A stretch of 64,000 nt of DNA. Origin: Podarcis melisellensis. Taxonomy: Eukaryota. This document shows, piece by piece, positions 51,206-63,595 of the stretch. Position 1 is the stretch's first letter. Every line of letters starts with the position of its first letter. The position numbers and the translations under genes were made by a program. The DNA lies in assembly GCA_964234715.1 (NCBI GenBank), contig OZ174291.1; one strand, written 5' to 3'. Under the pieces are notes generated by a model that was not told the DNA's origin, made no database searches, and saw nothing but the letters and a program-made list of their open reading frames with translations.

Positions 51206-51290
51206 ACCAAGTCCTGGAAGACGTTCTTCACGATGGTGCACTGGTCCTTGCGGAGACGCAGCTCTTGGGTCCAGCTGGCCGGCCACGAAG
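51206..51290 (+). CDS. ITPK-like coding exon 2 (calmodulin-binding region to WVQLAGH)
   Basis: TAG| acceptor; TKSWKTFFTMVHWSLRRRSSWVQLAGHE; phase-1 donor AAG|GTAC. Confidence 0.92.
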
Positions 51291-52221
51291 GTACCACTAC
51301 AGGACCGGGGGGGGTGGGGTTGCATGTTGGAAGCCGGGTCCAGGAGGGGAGGTGGCCAATGCAACAGCTGCAAAGGAATCGGGGCCAGATGGATCTCCCC
51401 CACTGCAGCTTAGAAGAAGCCACTGGATCTGAGGATGCAGCGGGTAGCCCTTTCCCTTCTCCACAGTTTATTTCTGCCTCCCCAGGACCACAAGCCAGGG
51501 TTTCCGTGGGGCTCTTGGGCAAACTTAAGCACTTTGTCTCAGTTTCACCAACTTGGATGGGTTTAAAAGAGGACGGGGCAAATTCATGGAGGTAAAGAAC
51601 CTAAGCAGAGCCCTGCTAGATGAAACCAAGGGCCCATCTTTAGTCCAGCCTCCTGTTCTCACAGTGGCCAACCAGATGCTTGTGGGAAACCCACAAGCAG
51701 GACCCGAACACAAGAGCCCTCTCCCCTCCGGTGGCTTCCAGCAACTGGTGTTCAGAAGCATTTACTGTCTCCGCCTGTGGAGGCAGATACCTCTCTCCTC
51801 CATGAATTCATCCAGTCCTTTTTCAAAGCCGTCTAGGCTGGCGGTCACAGCGCTGCCTCCTGCGGGAGCAAGTTCCATAGATTAACGATGTGCTGCGCAA
51901 ATGGTAATAGATGCGTGCAATAGATTTGCCACTTCTTATGCTCTTCTGCAAGCAGGGGGACAATTGTGGACTCCCTCCAGGGTTGTAGAAGATGTGTCTA
52001 CGATTGCCAGTTGCCGAAAAGCACAAATCAGGGGAGTGTTGCTGTTGCACTCGGGTCCTGGATTCCAGTTGGTGTATCTGGCCATAATACTGGACTGAAT
52101 GGTGTGCGCGCACACACACACACACATTCTTTGGCTTGATCCAGCCGCCACTGCAGGTCTTTTACTGTGCTTCCTTCCCCTCCCTCTGTTTCTTCTGACC
52201 ATCCTCGTTCTTTCCCCCCAG

Positions 52222-52435
52222 GGAATTTCAAGCCCAGCGAAGGAGGCCAGATTCTGAAGAAGTTCAGCTCGGTGGAAGACGCCTGTCTGGCAGAGCTGAT
52301 GGCCGACGTCCTGCGCCCCTTCGTGCCCGCCTACCACGGGGTGGTGGAGGTGGGGGGCGAACGCTACATCCAGATGGACGACCTGTTGTGCGGCCTTGAC
52401 ATGCCAAGCATCATGGACTGCAAGATGGGCACCCG
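52222..52435 (+). CDS. ITPK-like coding exon 3 (kinase N-lobe, PxxxDxKxG motif)
   Basis: [14 protein letters not shown]...[12 protein letters not shown]...[11 protein letters not shown]; 214 nt with canonical AG/GT boundaries. Confidence 0.96.
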
Positions 52436-53819
52436 GTGAGAGCAGGACCTTTCTGGGGGAAAGGGGTGGGCATAGGAGGCTCCTTCATCTCAGGTGAGAC
52501 AGGAGGGGGTGAGGGGAGGGCAGAAGTCCCACAGGCACTGAAGGTGGCTTTGGGATGGAGAAGAAGATATATCCCAGGACTGTCTTCACCACTGAGCGAA
52601 GGTCATCACCAAAGGTCAGCTTGCATGGCGCTTTTCCACAGTTGTAAGTCGCCTTGAGCAGAGTTTTAGCATGCAGATACAATGGTACGTAATCCGTTCC
52701 CGAAGACCATTTGACTTCCGAAACGTTTGAAAAACAAGGTGCAAAGGGCGACCGGCAAATTCCATTGAGAAAATTGAAAAACACGCATTCGGCTTCCAAG
52801 GTGCGTTCGGAAACGGAAGCATTTTCGGTGTTTGGGTTCCGAAACGTTCGGCGTGAAAGCAGCCAGAATCAGTAAATAAAAACACATTGAAACGTATGAT
52901 GCAGAATTAAAACAATCCCCATACAAGTCACAATCAGATCGAAATATGCAAATAATAATAATAATAGCAAAATTAAACAGCGCCAGAATTCAATATCAAC
53001 CCCTACAAAACAACAACAACAACCCTCTAAGCAATACCCCACCCCAAGAGCCTGGAGGCAGCCTGTGAAGCAGGTTCTGAAGGACTTGCAGCCAGGATGG
53101 TCTCTGACTTCTTTGCCAGCCTCCGTTTTTGTAGCTGGAGTCAGTTAGATGGAAAGGCAGGAATGGGTAAGGTCCTAGAATCATAGAGTTTAAGGGACCC
53201 TGAGGGCCATCTAGTCTGACCCCCTGCAATGCAGGTCAGTGTCAGCAAGGTGGAATCGGAGGCTGTAGCTGGGTCGCCAGCAGTGGTCTGTGTTTCGCAT
53301 CTGTCTGTTGCATAAGTGGGGGGTTTTTTGGGTGATGCAGGCCTGCCGATAATAGCAGCCAGATGTGGGAGACTGCAGAGCTAGCGTGTGGGCGAATCAC
53401 TAACCGGACATCCCAGATGGATCTGCCTTGTACTGAGGCAGACCCTTGGGCCCATCTAGCTCAGTATTGCCTGCATTGACTGGCAGCAGTGGTTCCCAGG
53501 GTTTCAGGGAAGGCCTTTTCTCTGCCCTACCTAGAGGCACCACCAGGGATTGCCTCTGGGGCCTTCTGCAAACAAAACACTGACCCTCCCTCCCCCAACA
53601 TTGCAGCCAGTCCTCCTCCTTGTCCCACTCTACCACTCCCTAAGAAAATGAGAAGATCCAGTCCAGCTTCCTGTTCTCCCATTGGCTGCCCAGATGTTCA
53701 TTCGGGGAAGTCTGCAAGCAGGACCCCAGCACGAGAACCCTCTCTCCTCCGGTGCTTTCCAGCAACTGGTTTTTTGGAAGCAGTGCTGCCTTCCCTGAAC
53801 ACCTCCTGTTTCTGCCCAG

Positions 53820-54024
53820 GACGTACCTGGAGGATGAGCTGTCGGAGGCGCAGCAGCGGCCAGCGGCACGGCGTGACCTGTACCAGAAGATGGTGAAAGT
53901 CGACCCGCAGGCCCCCACCGCACAGGAGCACAGCCAGGGCGGCGTCACCAAGCCGCGGTACATGCAGTGGCGTGAGGGGATCAGCTCCAGCGCCTCCCTG
54001 GGCTTCCGCATCGAGGGAGTCACG
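53820..54024 (+). CDS. ITPK-like coding exon 4 (inositol-binding IP lobe)
   Basis: TYLEDEL...[17 protein letters not shown]...[25 protein letters not shown]; 205 nt; donor ACG|GTGAGT. Confidence 0.96.
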
Positions 54025-54077
54025 GTGAGTGGCGGCGACAGCCGAGCAGGAGGTAGAGAAACGGGGTGATAGTAACT

Positions 54078-54185
54078 CCTGCCCAGTATTGCAGGAATAT
54101 GCAGCTGTCCAGTACGGGGACTGAACCTGCAACCTTGGCATTATCAGCACCCCACACTAACCAGCTGAGCTATCCAGCTGGTCCC
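54078..54185 (-). mobile_element. tRNA-Ile(GAT)-derived short SINE (lacertid POM-like); related head at 50485-50548
   Basis: Minus strand reads GGATAGCTCAGCTGGTTAG...GGTGCTGATAATGCCAAGGTTGCAGGTTCAG...GGACAGCTGCATATTCCTGC. Matching GGGGTTGGACTAGATG-type tails are scattered through the window. Confidence 0.6.
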
Positions 54186-54191
54186 AATAAA

Positions 54192-54194
<3 letters not shown>

Positions 54195-54243
<49 letters not shown>
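54195..54243 (+). repeat. (AAT)n microsatellite at the end of a retroelement fragment in an ITPK intron
   Basis: About 16 perfect units. Confidence 0.95.
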
Positions 54244-54244
<1 letters not shown>

Positions 54245-54618
54245 TATTTTTGTTTATACCCCGCCCTTCCTGGTTCAAAGACTGGGCTCAGGGCAGCTAA
54301 CAACAAATTTAAAACACTTAATTGTAAAAGCAGCATAAAATACAGTATAAAAACATGAATAACAATAAAATTCAAAATGCAGAAATGAATTTAGGGGAAA
54401 TAAGCATTAGATAATCACCAGGGCTAGCTGGCTGAATTGGTCCTACTTGGGCTAGTGAGGAGGCCGGGGGGAGAATTAGCTGTGGGGTCTCCGAGCGGGT
54501 AATCTTCATAAAAGGAGAGGGGGGGAAAGAAAGGGGAACTAAAGACCAGGCTGAATTCAAATTATTATTATTATTATTATTATTAGAACACCCCCCACCC
54601 CAATCTCTTTCTCTGCAG

Positions 54619-54720
54619 ATCGAGGGGGGAGCCGTGCGGAAGGATTTCAAGCAGACTCGCACCAAGGAGCAGATTGTGGATACTTTCCTGATGTTCACCA
54701 AGGCCCGCCTCGACGTTCTG
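54619..54720 (+). CDS. ITPK-like coding exon 5
   Basis: IEGGAVRKDFKQTRTKEQIVDTFLMFTKARLDVL; 102 nt, phase 0/0. Confidence 0.92.
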
Positions 54721-55295
54721 GTGAGACTGGTTGGGGGGAGACAGTGGGAGCAGGGGGCGAAATCTCAGCCACTGGGTGTCCCCCCCCCCCGTCCTCTGTA
54801 CCTGGACTGCTCATTCTCAACCTGAAATAGAAGTTCACCTGATATTCACAGGAATGTTGCCCACCAGCATACTTCTGGTGCTTTTCAAGCAGTGAAGTAT
54901 AAACTTGACAGGTTTAGCACTTCACAACAACACCCCCCCCCCCCGCCCATAATTCAACAGCACCAAAGTTGAGTTCCAGTGAGAGGAATGGAGATTTCTC
55001 ATTGGGAGAGCTGTGGCCCTGTCATGTGGGATGGGGGCGTGGGACTGGTCTCTCCCGTGTTTTGAAACCTCTGGCTTCTGTGTGGTGGGAATGTAGCCTC
55101 CCATATCAAGGTAGGCATCTTGCCCCTCCCATGTTTTGCCCCCAGCCCGGCCTCCTGTTCACGTGTGGCACTCAGAAGTCGGCCCACAAGGACTTAACTG
55201 AGATGGCAAAATTAACATGTTCAGTGAGAGAAAAATCATTACTGACATTCATTGGGATCCTCTTTTAGTGAGAAAGACAAAATAAACTTGTAATA

Positions 55296-55852
55296 CAGTG
55301 GTACCTCAGGTTACATACGCTTCAGGTTACATACGCTTCAGGTTACAGACTCCACTAACCCTGAAATATTGCTTCAGGTTAAGAACTTTGCTTCAGGATG
55401 AGAACAGAAATTGTGTTCCGGCGGCGCAGCGGCAGCAGGAGGCCCCATTAGCTAAAGTGGTGTTTCAGGTTAAGAACAGTTTCATGTTAAGTACGGACCT
55501 CCAAAACGAATTAAGTACTTAACCCGAGGTACCACTGTATCTGGATTTGAAGATGGGGAAAATATTGGCATATGGAAAATAGAATAGTTGGATGCTAATG
55601 AGTGAATACAGTTGTACCTTGGAAGTCAAACGGAATCCTTTCTGGAAATCCGTTCAACTTCCAAAATGTTCGAAAACCAAATCACGGCTTCTGATTGGCT
55701 GCAGGAGGCTCCTGAAGCCAATCAGAAGCCGCAGGAGCCCCGTTGGGCGTTCAGGTTCCAAAAGAATGTTTGCAAACCAGAACAATCACTTTGCAGTGTT
55801 CGGGAGCCAAAACATCTGAGTTCCGGGGCGTTTGGGATCCAAGGTACGACTG
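55296..55852. mobile_element. Two adjacent Tc1/pogo-type MITEs (55296-55537 and 55609-55852)
   Basis: CAGTGGTACCTC/GAGGTACCACTG and CAGTTGTACCTTGG/CCAAGGTACGACTG TIRs, each with a TA TSD. Confidence 0.8.
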
Positions 55853-56195
55853 TACTATATTTATGGTGTATTATAAAAAGATACTATTGGTATGAACTTT
55901 TGCATATCTTTTGATAAGTATGAATAAAAATATATTTTTTCTTTAAAAGAAGTTTGCCCGTGAGAAAATACTATCCTGGGACTGAAAAAGCAGCCAATGT
56001 AGCAGAAACACATTTAAAGTTAAGACAGGTCCCTGTTCTATTTCTGCCCTTGAATTCCATGCCACCTGCCAGTTTAGCCAAGGCTTCCGTGACCTGCCTC
56101 TCCTAGCAAGGGGCACAGGTGTATATGGGGGGGGGGGCTTGGCCTTGATGGGGGGGACCCCATCCAAAGCCTCAATGCTCCCTCTTGCCTTGCAG

Positions 56196-56267
56196 AGCAC
56201 ATATGCAGCCCGCTTGGAGAGCATGCGCCAGGTGCTGGAGGAGTCTGCCTTTTTCAAGACCCATGAG
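56196..56267 (+). CDS. ITPK-like coding exon 6
   Basis: STYAARLESMRQVLEESAFFKTHE; 72 nt; donor GAG|GTAAGG. Confidence 0.93.
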
Positions 56268-58480
56268 GTAAGGCTGTCAGGGCAGGGGGAGGTTAAATTG
56301 TTTGTTCATTGTATTTATTTAAATCCCACCTTTATCTCCCAGGAGCTCATGATGGCACACACGGTTTCTGCCCCCCATTTAATCCCCACAACCACCCTGT
56401 GAGGTAGGTTAGGCTGAGAGGCAGGGACTGGCCCAAAGCTTCATGGTGGCTGAGGCAGGATTCGAACCCTGGTCTCCCCTAGGTCCTAGTCTGCCACTCT
56501 CAGGAATGGGAGACAGAGGAGAAAAAGGCCCTGCAAGTGTGTCTCTAGGACCTGCTGGATGTCTTTAACTGTGACTGGGCTGGTTTGTTATACTTTGTTT
56601 TTAGGCTTCTTCTTTTTTGGTCCTCTTTTGATTTCGAGGGTGCCTGCTCATGTAGAAAAGCAGGATATAAATTCACAAACACCAAAAACAGATTGTTATT
56701 TTTATTGTTCCCATTTATTCTTATACTAACAACAAACCCTAAGCCTATGGGATCCTCCCTTCACCCTTCTAGGGGGAAGCCTCTGGAGAGGAAAGGGGGG
56801 GGTGCAGAATATGACAAAAGGATCCCCCCTCCCGTAGGCGAGGGACTCTCCCCAGATGTGGGACAAAACCTAGGTGCTTTGTGGCTCAGTGTGAAGATGT
56901 GGACAGGACCTGTGGCCACTCTCCTTCCAGCGGCTTCTTGCTTCCCTCTCCCTCAGCATGCACTCTCTGGGGTGGGATTGGGGAACCGGTGGCCTTTGAG
57001 ATGCAGCCGGACTACAACTCCCATCACCCCTGAGCAAAAGGCCCTGCTTGTCTGGAGTCCGGAGAGCCACCAACCTAAACAGCTTTAAAAAGAGTAGAGG
57101 AATTAGACAAGGTGACACGCAACATAACACTAGACTGCCTGGATAGAAGGTAAAGCTGAATGTTAGAGGATTCTGGGCAGGTCAAAGAAAGTCCTTCTTT
57201 ACGCAGAACAGCGTTAAACTATGGAACTCACTCCCACAGGAGGCAGTGATGGTTTTAAAAGGGGACTGGCCAAATTCACAGGCTATGCTTCTGAATCGCA
57301 GTTGCTGCAAACCATGGGAGGGGAGAGTTGCTCTGGATCTCAAATCCTGTTTGTGGGTTTCCCATCAGTGCGTCTGCTTGGCCACTATGAGAACAGGATG
57401 GTGGGTCCCAAATGGCCTGATCCAGCAAGCTCTTTTCAGGTGCTTTTGGCACCCCATCCCTGCCACAGATGCAGCTCTTAAACCGACTTTAGCCGCAATT
57501 GCCAAGGACAGGCCCTTCACATTTCCAGCTCCTAAAACCAAGCCTGAGGGAACGACTGCCTCCTTGGCGCCCTCCTTTCCTGTCACCTTGCCAAAGCTGT
57601 TGCGTTGGATCCAGGAAGGTACATCTTAAGAGTCTGAGCACCTCCAGGACCGCCCTGAGGCTTGTAAAATGAGAGGAGCTCTTGGCTCACACTCCTGGCG
57701 GTAAACGCAGGTGGGGAGTGCCGGCAGGAATCAGGCCAAGGCAGGCCACTGAAACACCAAGGGGATGTTTGGTTTGCAGAAGTAGTGTGTGGGGAGTAAC
57801 CCTAAAGGAGCAGCTTCCCCTCCTCCAACAAACCAATGAGGGCTGAGATGAAAACATGAACAAAGATCTTACAAAAGAAGCAACTCTAGTACTCGAGTCT
57901 ATCGCTGATTTCAAGCCAGACTTGTTTGGTTTACCATTGTTTTTATTTTAGTTTGATTTTTAAAGCATTTTAATTTAGCCATATTGATTTCAGGGAAGAA
58001 TAGGCTTTTTAGCAGGGAGCTATAGTTTTGTGGTTAAATGTTTTAATTCCTTGTGTTTTTATCTTGCATTATTTACTTGTGTTTTTGTCTTGTAATTTAT
58101 TCTGTGAACTGGCCTGAGAACTTGTGATGCACAGTATATAATTTTTAATGGTTATTTTAAAGCAGCCAGTGGGGTGGCGGGAGACAGAATGGGAGTGCCC
58201 TGCGTGGAGGGAAAAGCAATCTGCAACTCTAGGAGGAGAGGCTGTTACAGGGCAGAATTTGTTGCTTTTTGACTCTCATCTTAGCTGAGAGGGGAAGGGG
58301 AAGGTGCTTTGCATATGCCCAGAGGAAACCCACCCTGCCTGAAGGCAACAGAGCCCAAGATAATCCTGTAGAAAATGGACTTATGGGCCAGACCAGAGGG
58401 GCAAAACCCTCGCTCGGTTGCTGTCCCTGTGAGCTGCCCACCTGAGGTTCCTAAAAAGCACTACTTTTTACACCCCTCAG

Positions 58481-58726
58481 GTGATTGGGAGTTCCTTGCT
58501 CTTCCTCCACGACCGGAAGGGCCAAGCCAGCGTCTGGATGATTGACTTTGGCAAGACACTACCCGCCCCGGAAAACCTCCCCTTGCAGCACAGCGTGGCC
58601 TGGGCCCCTGGGAACCACGAGGACGGCTACCTGATTGGCCTGCAGCACCTCATTGACACCGTGCAGGCCACTCTGCGGAAGGCGCAAGAACGGGGGCAAG
58701 TGCCGGCGCCCCCTGCCCACCCTTGA
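58481..58726 (+). CDS. ITPK-like last coding exon (SSLL and IDFGK motifs)
   Basis: [11 protein letters not shown]...VWMIDFGKT...[11 protein letters not shown]...; stop TGA at 58724-58726. The whole spliced CDS is 1422 nt (473 aa) with consistent phases. Confidence 0.96.
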   Translation: MIGSSLLFLHDRKGQASVWMIDFGKTLPAPENLPLQHSVAWAPGNHEDGYLIGLQHLIDTVQATLRKAQERGQVPAPPAHP

Positions 58727-59561
58727 GCTTGCCCGGAGGATGTCCTCCGTTGGGCGAATCTGGACGGGCACCCAACCAAAGGAGGGGAGATCCCAAGGCT
58801 GTATTAACTGTAACGGCAAGCACGCTGCAGAACGGGGCCCCGATGGGATCCAGCAATGACGTTGCCGCACTTGTTGCCTACCCAAAGGAGGACTAGCCTT
58901 CCTGCTGTCAGGAAGTAGCAGGGAGGGGAGTTGCAGCCTTCTGGGACCAGGGAGGAAGACCGGGAGCATCTTGGGACGCCCAGAGATCAACAAGGGAGCG
59001 TGTAGGAACGCAGCAACGCTCCCGAGGTTGGCACTGCCATAGGAATGAGCCAGTCCTCCCACCGATTCCCTTTGCTCTGGCTGGGAGGGACACCTGGGAG
59101 GTGCAGAGACACCTGAACTGGACAGTGGCAAGAGTAGACCCCAGGCTGGAGTGGGTGGGAGGCAGAGGCTGGTGCCGTAACCTTACAGCCAAGGGGAGCT
59201 TTGAGCTCAGACCACCCGCACCTCATTTGTGGCACATCACAAAGCTCAGGTGAGCCGGGTGGGATGAAGGAACCCCAGCGCCTTTCTCTCTGTGCATTCA
59301 TAGATTGAGACGCACATACCTGGGCAGTCAGGGGGCACCCAGGTAGCGGAGCCTGGGTTTTTGTGGAGGAAGGAGCAGATTCTGTCCTGCAGGGTTGTTC
59401 CCCCCCCCTCCAAGGCCCACATGAACCCACAGTGGTCCTGAGCCCAGTGTGGGGCTGAGGGGGGCACACTGGCACTCAGCCAGAATGGGTGGGAGCTGCA
59501 GATAGGGCCTGTCTGGGATCCAGCGGAGGCTGGGAAGGAGGCTGGACTTTCTATTCTCTTC

Positions 59562-59575
59562 AATAAAAAAATAAA
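59562..59575 (+). terminator. Polyadenylation signals of the ITPK-like gene
   Basis: Tandem AATAAA about 840 nt after the stop, followed by a GT/T-rich stretch. Confidence 0.65.
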
Positions 59576-60280
59576 ACCCTTTGCGTGCTTCTGGGCTGTG
59601 CCCTACTCAGTCTTGGCCCTCAGCCCATGGCCAGCTACTCTGAAGCTTCTGTTTCCCCCAAAAGAAACAAATTCTATTGCAGTCAAACCCCTAGGATGAC
59701 GAGGACTGCCTCACAGCCTCTGCCCCCTGCAAGCAAGCAAGCGGTTAGGGAACTGCCTGGACATTCCCTGCCAGCCTACAAGTGACTGGGGCTGGGCCAA
59801 GGCAGTGGCGTAGCGTGGGGGGTGCAGGGGGGGCCGGCCGCACGATGTGGGGGTTAGGGTTAGGGGGCGCAAATCCACGGGGTAGGGGGCACAAATTACT
59901 TGCCTTGCCCCGGTTGCTGACAACCCACGCTACGCCACTGGGCCAAGGTGGAATTCATAGAATCACAGAATTGTAGAGTTGGGATTGTGTGGGTCGTCTA
60001 GTTCAACCCCCTGCAATGCAGGAACTGCAGCTACAGGATCCCTGACAAATGGCCCCCAGAGCTCTGTTCAAAATTCTCCAGTGAAGGAGAGCCCACCACC
60101 TCCCAAGGCAGTCCGTTCCACTGTCAAGACAGTCAGAAAGTTCATCCTAATGGAATCTGCTTTCTTGTCATTTGAATCCAGTACGTCTGGGTGCTATCTT
60201 CTGGGGCAGCACCTAACAAGCTTGCTCCACCTTCTGTGTCGCAACCCTTCAGATATTTGAAGATGGCTATCCTATCCCCA

Positions 60281-60631
60281 GGGACACGGGTGGCGCTGTG
60301 GGTTAAACCACAGAGCCTAGGACTTGCCGATCAGAAGGTCGGCGGTTCAAATCCCCGCGACAGGGTGAGCTCCCGTTGCTCAGTCCCTGCTGCTGCCAAC
60401 CTAGCAGTTCAAAAGCACATCAAAGTGCTAGTAGATAAATAGGTACTGCTCCAGCGGGAAGGTAAACGGTGTTTCCGTGCGCTGCTCTGGTTCGCCAGAA
60501 GCGGCTTAGTCATGCTGGCCTCATGACCCGGAAGCTGTATGCCGGCTCCCTTGGCCAATAAAGCGAGATGAGCGCCGCAACCCCAGAGTTAGTCACGACT
60601 GGACCTAATGGTCAGGGGTCCCTTTACCTTT
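60281..60631 (+). mobile_element. Sauria SINE
   Basis: Consensus sequence; TSD TATCCTATCCCC. Confidence 0.9.
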
Positions 60632-62600
60632 ATCCTATCCCCTCAGAGTCTCCTCCAGACTAAACATCCCCAATTCCCATAAGGCTTCGTTTTCCAGGCC
60701 CTTGATCATCCTCTGCACACCTTCCAGCTTGATCAATAGTCTCCTTAAAATTGTGGTGCCCAGAACCGGACACAGGACTCGAGACGGGGTCTGACCAAGG
60801 CAGAACAGAGCATTGCTATGTTACTGTTCTGTACTTTTCCTTCCATGAAGGGAAGCAAGATTCTAGTCCCTGTGGGAGCATTGGAGGCAGGCCACTGAAA
60901 GCCCTTGGGATGGGTTATGCAAGAGAGCCGAAAGGGGCCTCAGGCCAAGCACCGCTTCCCCTTCTCTTTCCTCATTCTTCTGTGAAGTGTTTTGCAACAT
61001 TGCCAGGGAGACTGGGCACAAACAGCACCCCGTTCCCAGGACTGATGCCAGCGGACCTCTACCTTGGAGACATCTCCTCCTCCTCCCCCACCAGCCTCCA
61101 AAGCCAATGTCAAGTTCGGCAGAGGAACTGGGCCCATCCCCACCCCTTTAAGCCCTGCAGATTTTAACACCCCCGATTCTTCACTGCTACCCATCATCTT
61201 TCCCTCCCCTCAACCCCACTAACTCTTCAACAAGACTGGTTGCTATGGAGATGGTTTTCATTTCCTAACAAGGTGAGAGAGGGTGGCGGGAATAGCCACC
61301 CAGGGAGTGGGGAAGAGGGAATTGGGGCCTCGCAGCAGCAGGCAAACAAGTGATTTGAAGCAGGTTGCTGCCCAAAGCAAGAAGGGGGGGGGACTGGGGT
61401 CCCAATTCACCAATCTGCAAGTGTTACTCTTTTGGGAAATGCCAGGCATACCTATTCAGAGGGGGCTGAAGAGGAGTTAATGGAGGGGCCAGAATTTTTC
61501 GATTGCATTGCAATCTCGCCTTTCCCTCCAAGGGGTTCAAGGTGATGCACGTGGTTCCCACTCATTAATTCCCACAACCCTGTGAGGTAGATTAGGCTGA
61601 AAGGCAGCAGCACTCGGAGAGCTCCATGGCACAGTGCGGATTCGAACCCTGGTCTCTCCCAGGTCCTAGCTTGGCACTCTAACCACTGTACACCACAGGC
61701 AATCAAGAAGGGTATTGGGCAGAAGGGATGCAGGACTGGTCCCTATTCGGACACCCCTCAGCGTAGAGGCCTGAGCAGGGAGGACAAGGGCCAAGGAGCA
61801 GGGCTGAGCAGCAGAGCGCGCCACTTTGCACGTGAAAGGTAAGGATTTTTACAGGAGAAGCAGGCTGCAAGTGGGCGCACACTTGAATCCAGGACAGCTC
61901 CGGCTGGCTGGGGAGAAGGCGGCGGCACCTTTAAGTGATTCTAGGGAGTAAGTGGCTAAGTGGCATTTCTGCCTGTGGTTAGAGCCGGGTCTGAACCCCT
62001 GGCATCTTGAGGCAGGGCTGGAAAGAGCCTTCTGGGCCTGAGATACTGCCAGTCAGTGTAAGCAACACTGGGCTAGATGGTCTGACTGTGTAGGGCCGCT
62101 TCCCAAAACTGCAGAGAAGTCACTTCTCCCACCCTGGGACCCGCCAGCTGTTTCGGACTACAACTCCCATCAGCCCCTAGCTGGCACTGAGTAGAAGGGA
62201 GGGGAGGAAGGGGGAACCTTCTTCACTGCTGCTGCTGCATTCCGGAAACCAGAAACTTGACCTCAGGCAGCTGGCAGATCGCCTAGTTTCTCCAGAGTAG
62301 CACAATCCTGCCCCCTGCTGGCTGCTAGGAGTGTTGCTGACTGATGCTGGTAAGAGCTCCCAATCCCTTGAATGCAGAAAACGTGCTCACCCCCCACTCC
62401 AGCAAAGCAAGCCCTTCTGGGGCAATCACAGAATTTTAGAATTGGAAGTTCCAAGGTCATAGAGTCCAACCCCCTGCAATGCAGGAACGGCAGCCAATCC
62501 CTGCCTGCTCCTTCCTTGCCACACACACTTCCTGCAACATGCATGCTCCACGCCCCCCCCCAGCACAGCACGCAATCTGGGCTCAGCCCTCCGGTCCTCC

Positions 62601-62606
62601 TTTATT
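62601..62606 (-). terminator. Probable ATG2A polyadenylation signal
   Basis: TTTATT on the plus strand (AATAAA on minus), about 750 nt downstream of the stop. Confidence 0.55.
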
Positions 62607-63358
62607 GTGGAAATATCTCTGGCTTTTGTAACATCCAGGCTGAAGGAAAGACGTTCTGGGGAGCCCAAAAAGCTTGTGCAGAACTTTTTGCTTTGCTGCT
62701 GGTCAGAATGAAACTGAATCGTGTGGTTGTGGCTGCCTGGGTTGGTTCTCCTGTTCTCCCCACAAACACACCAGCCCCCCAACGCCCCCAACATGGGTGC
62801 CTGTGTCAATTCCTGCTTCTGTACCTGAAAGGAGTCGCATCCCTGATCTGTACAGCACATCAAAACATTGTCCGACAGGGCAAAACAGGCCAAGAAAAGG
62901 ATACTTCACCCCCTTACTGAATGCCTATGGAAGCAGGAGCTGAAAACAAGTCACGTCCTTTAATGTTCAGCCAACCTTCCGTCTCTCCCAACAACCCCAG
63001 AGAGAGAGGGAGACAGAGAGAGACAGAGAGAGAGAGAGAGAGAAGTTGCAGCCTGCAGCTCATGCACCAAATGGATGGCAGAAGCTATACTCCTGACAAG
63101 TACAAAAACAAGGGCGAGGCAAGAGGAGGTGGCACCACCCTCGTGATGCCAGGCGTGCTGCTGCTTGAGAGCGCGCCAATCCCGCCAAGCAGAAGCTCTT
63201 CCCCACCACGTGGTTCTTCTTCTGCGGGTGGCAAGGCTGGCAAAGCGGGAGGCTGCGTCCTTTCGCTGGCCCTGCCAATGTCCTGAACGGGGTAGATTAA
63301 GAGGAACGGCCCCGCTTCTGAGCCCGGGTCAGTGGAAGGCGGCAGTGGCAGCGCCCGG

Positions 63359-63595
63359 TCAGTCCTGAGCCTCTTCTGAGCGCCACTTCAGGGACTCCTC
63401 CTTCCGGGCGTCGGGCTTGATCTGGTTGCGCATACCGCCCAGGAGGTTGGAGGTGGCTTCCGAGGCCACGATGAGGGGCTTGACCACGGTGGGAGGGATC
63501 TGCCGCAGGACGCCTCCCACCGCCCCGGTGATGCCTTTCTGCTCGTGGCCACGAGTCGCCACGTCGCAGATGGCCTGGGCTGTGTCGATGACACC
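63359..63595 (-). CDS. ATG2A: Autophagy-related protein 2A, last coding exon
   Basis: Acceptor CTTCTTTCTCCAG|. Translates GVIDTAQAICDVATRGHEQKGITGAVGGVLRQIPPTVVKPLIVASEATSNLLGGMRNQIKPDARKEESLKWRSEEAQD*, matching the ATG2A C-terminus; syntenic with EHD1. Confidence 0.95.
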   Translation of the reverse strand, partial: GVIDTAQAICDVATRGHEQKGITGAVGGVLRQIPPTVVKPLIVASEATSNLLGGMRNQIKPDARKEESLKWRSEEAQD

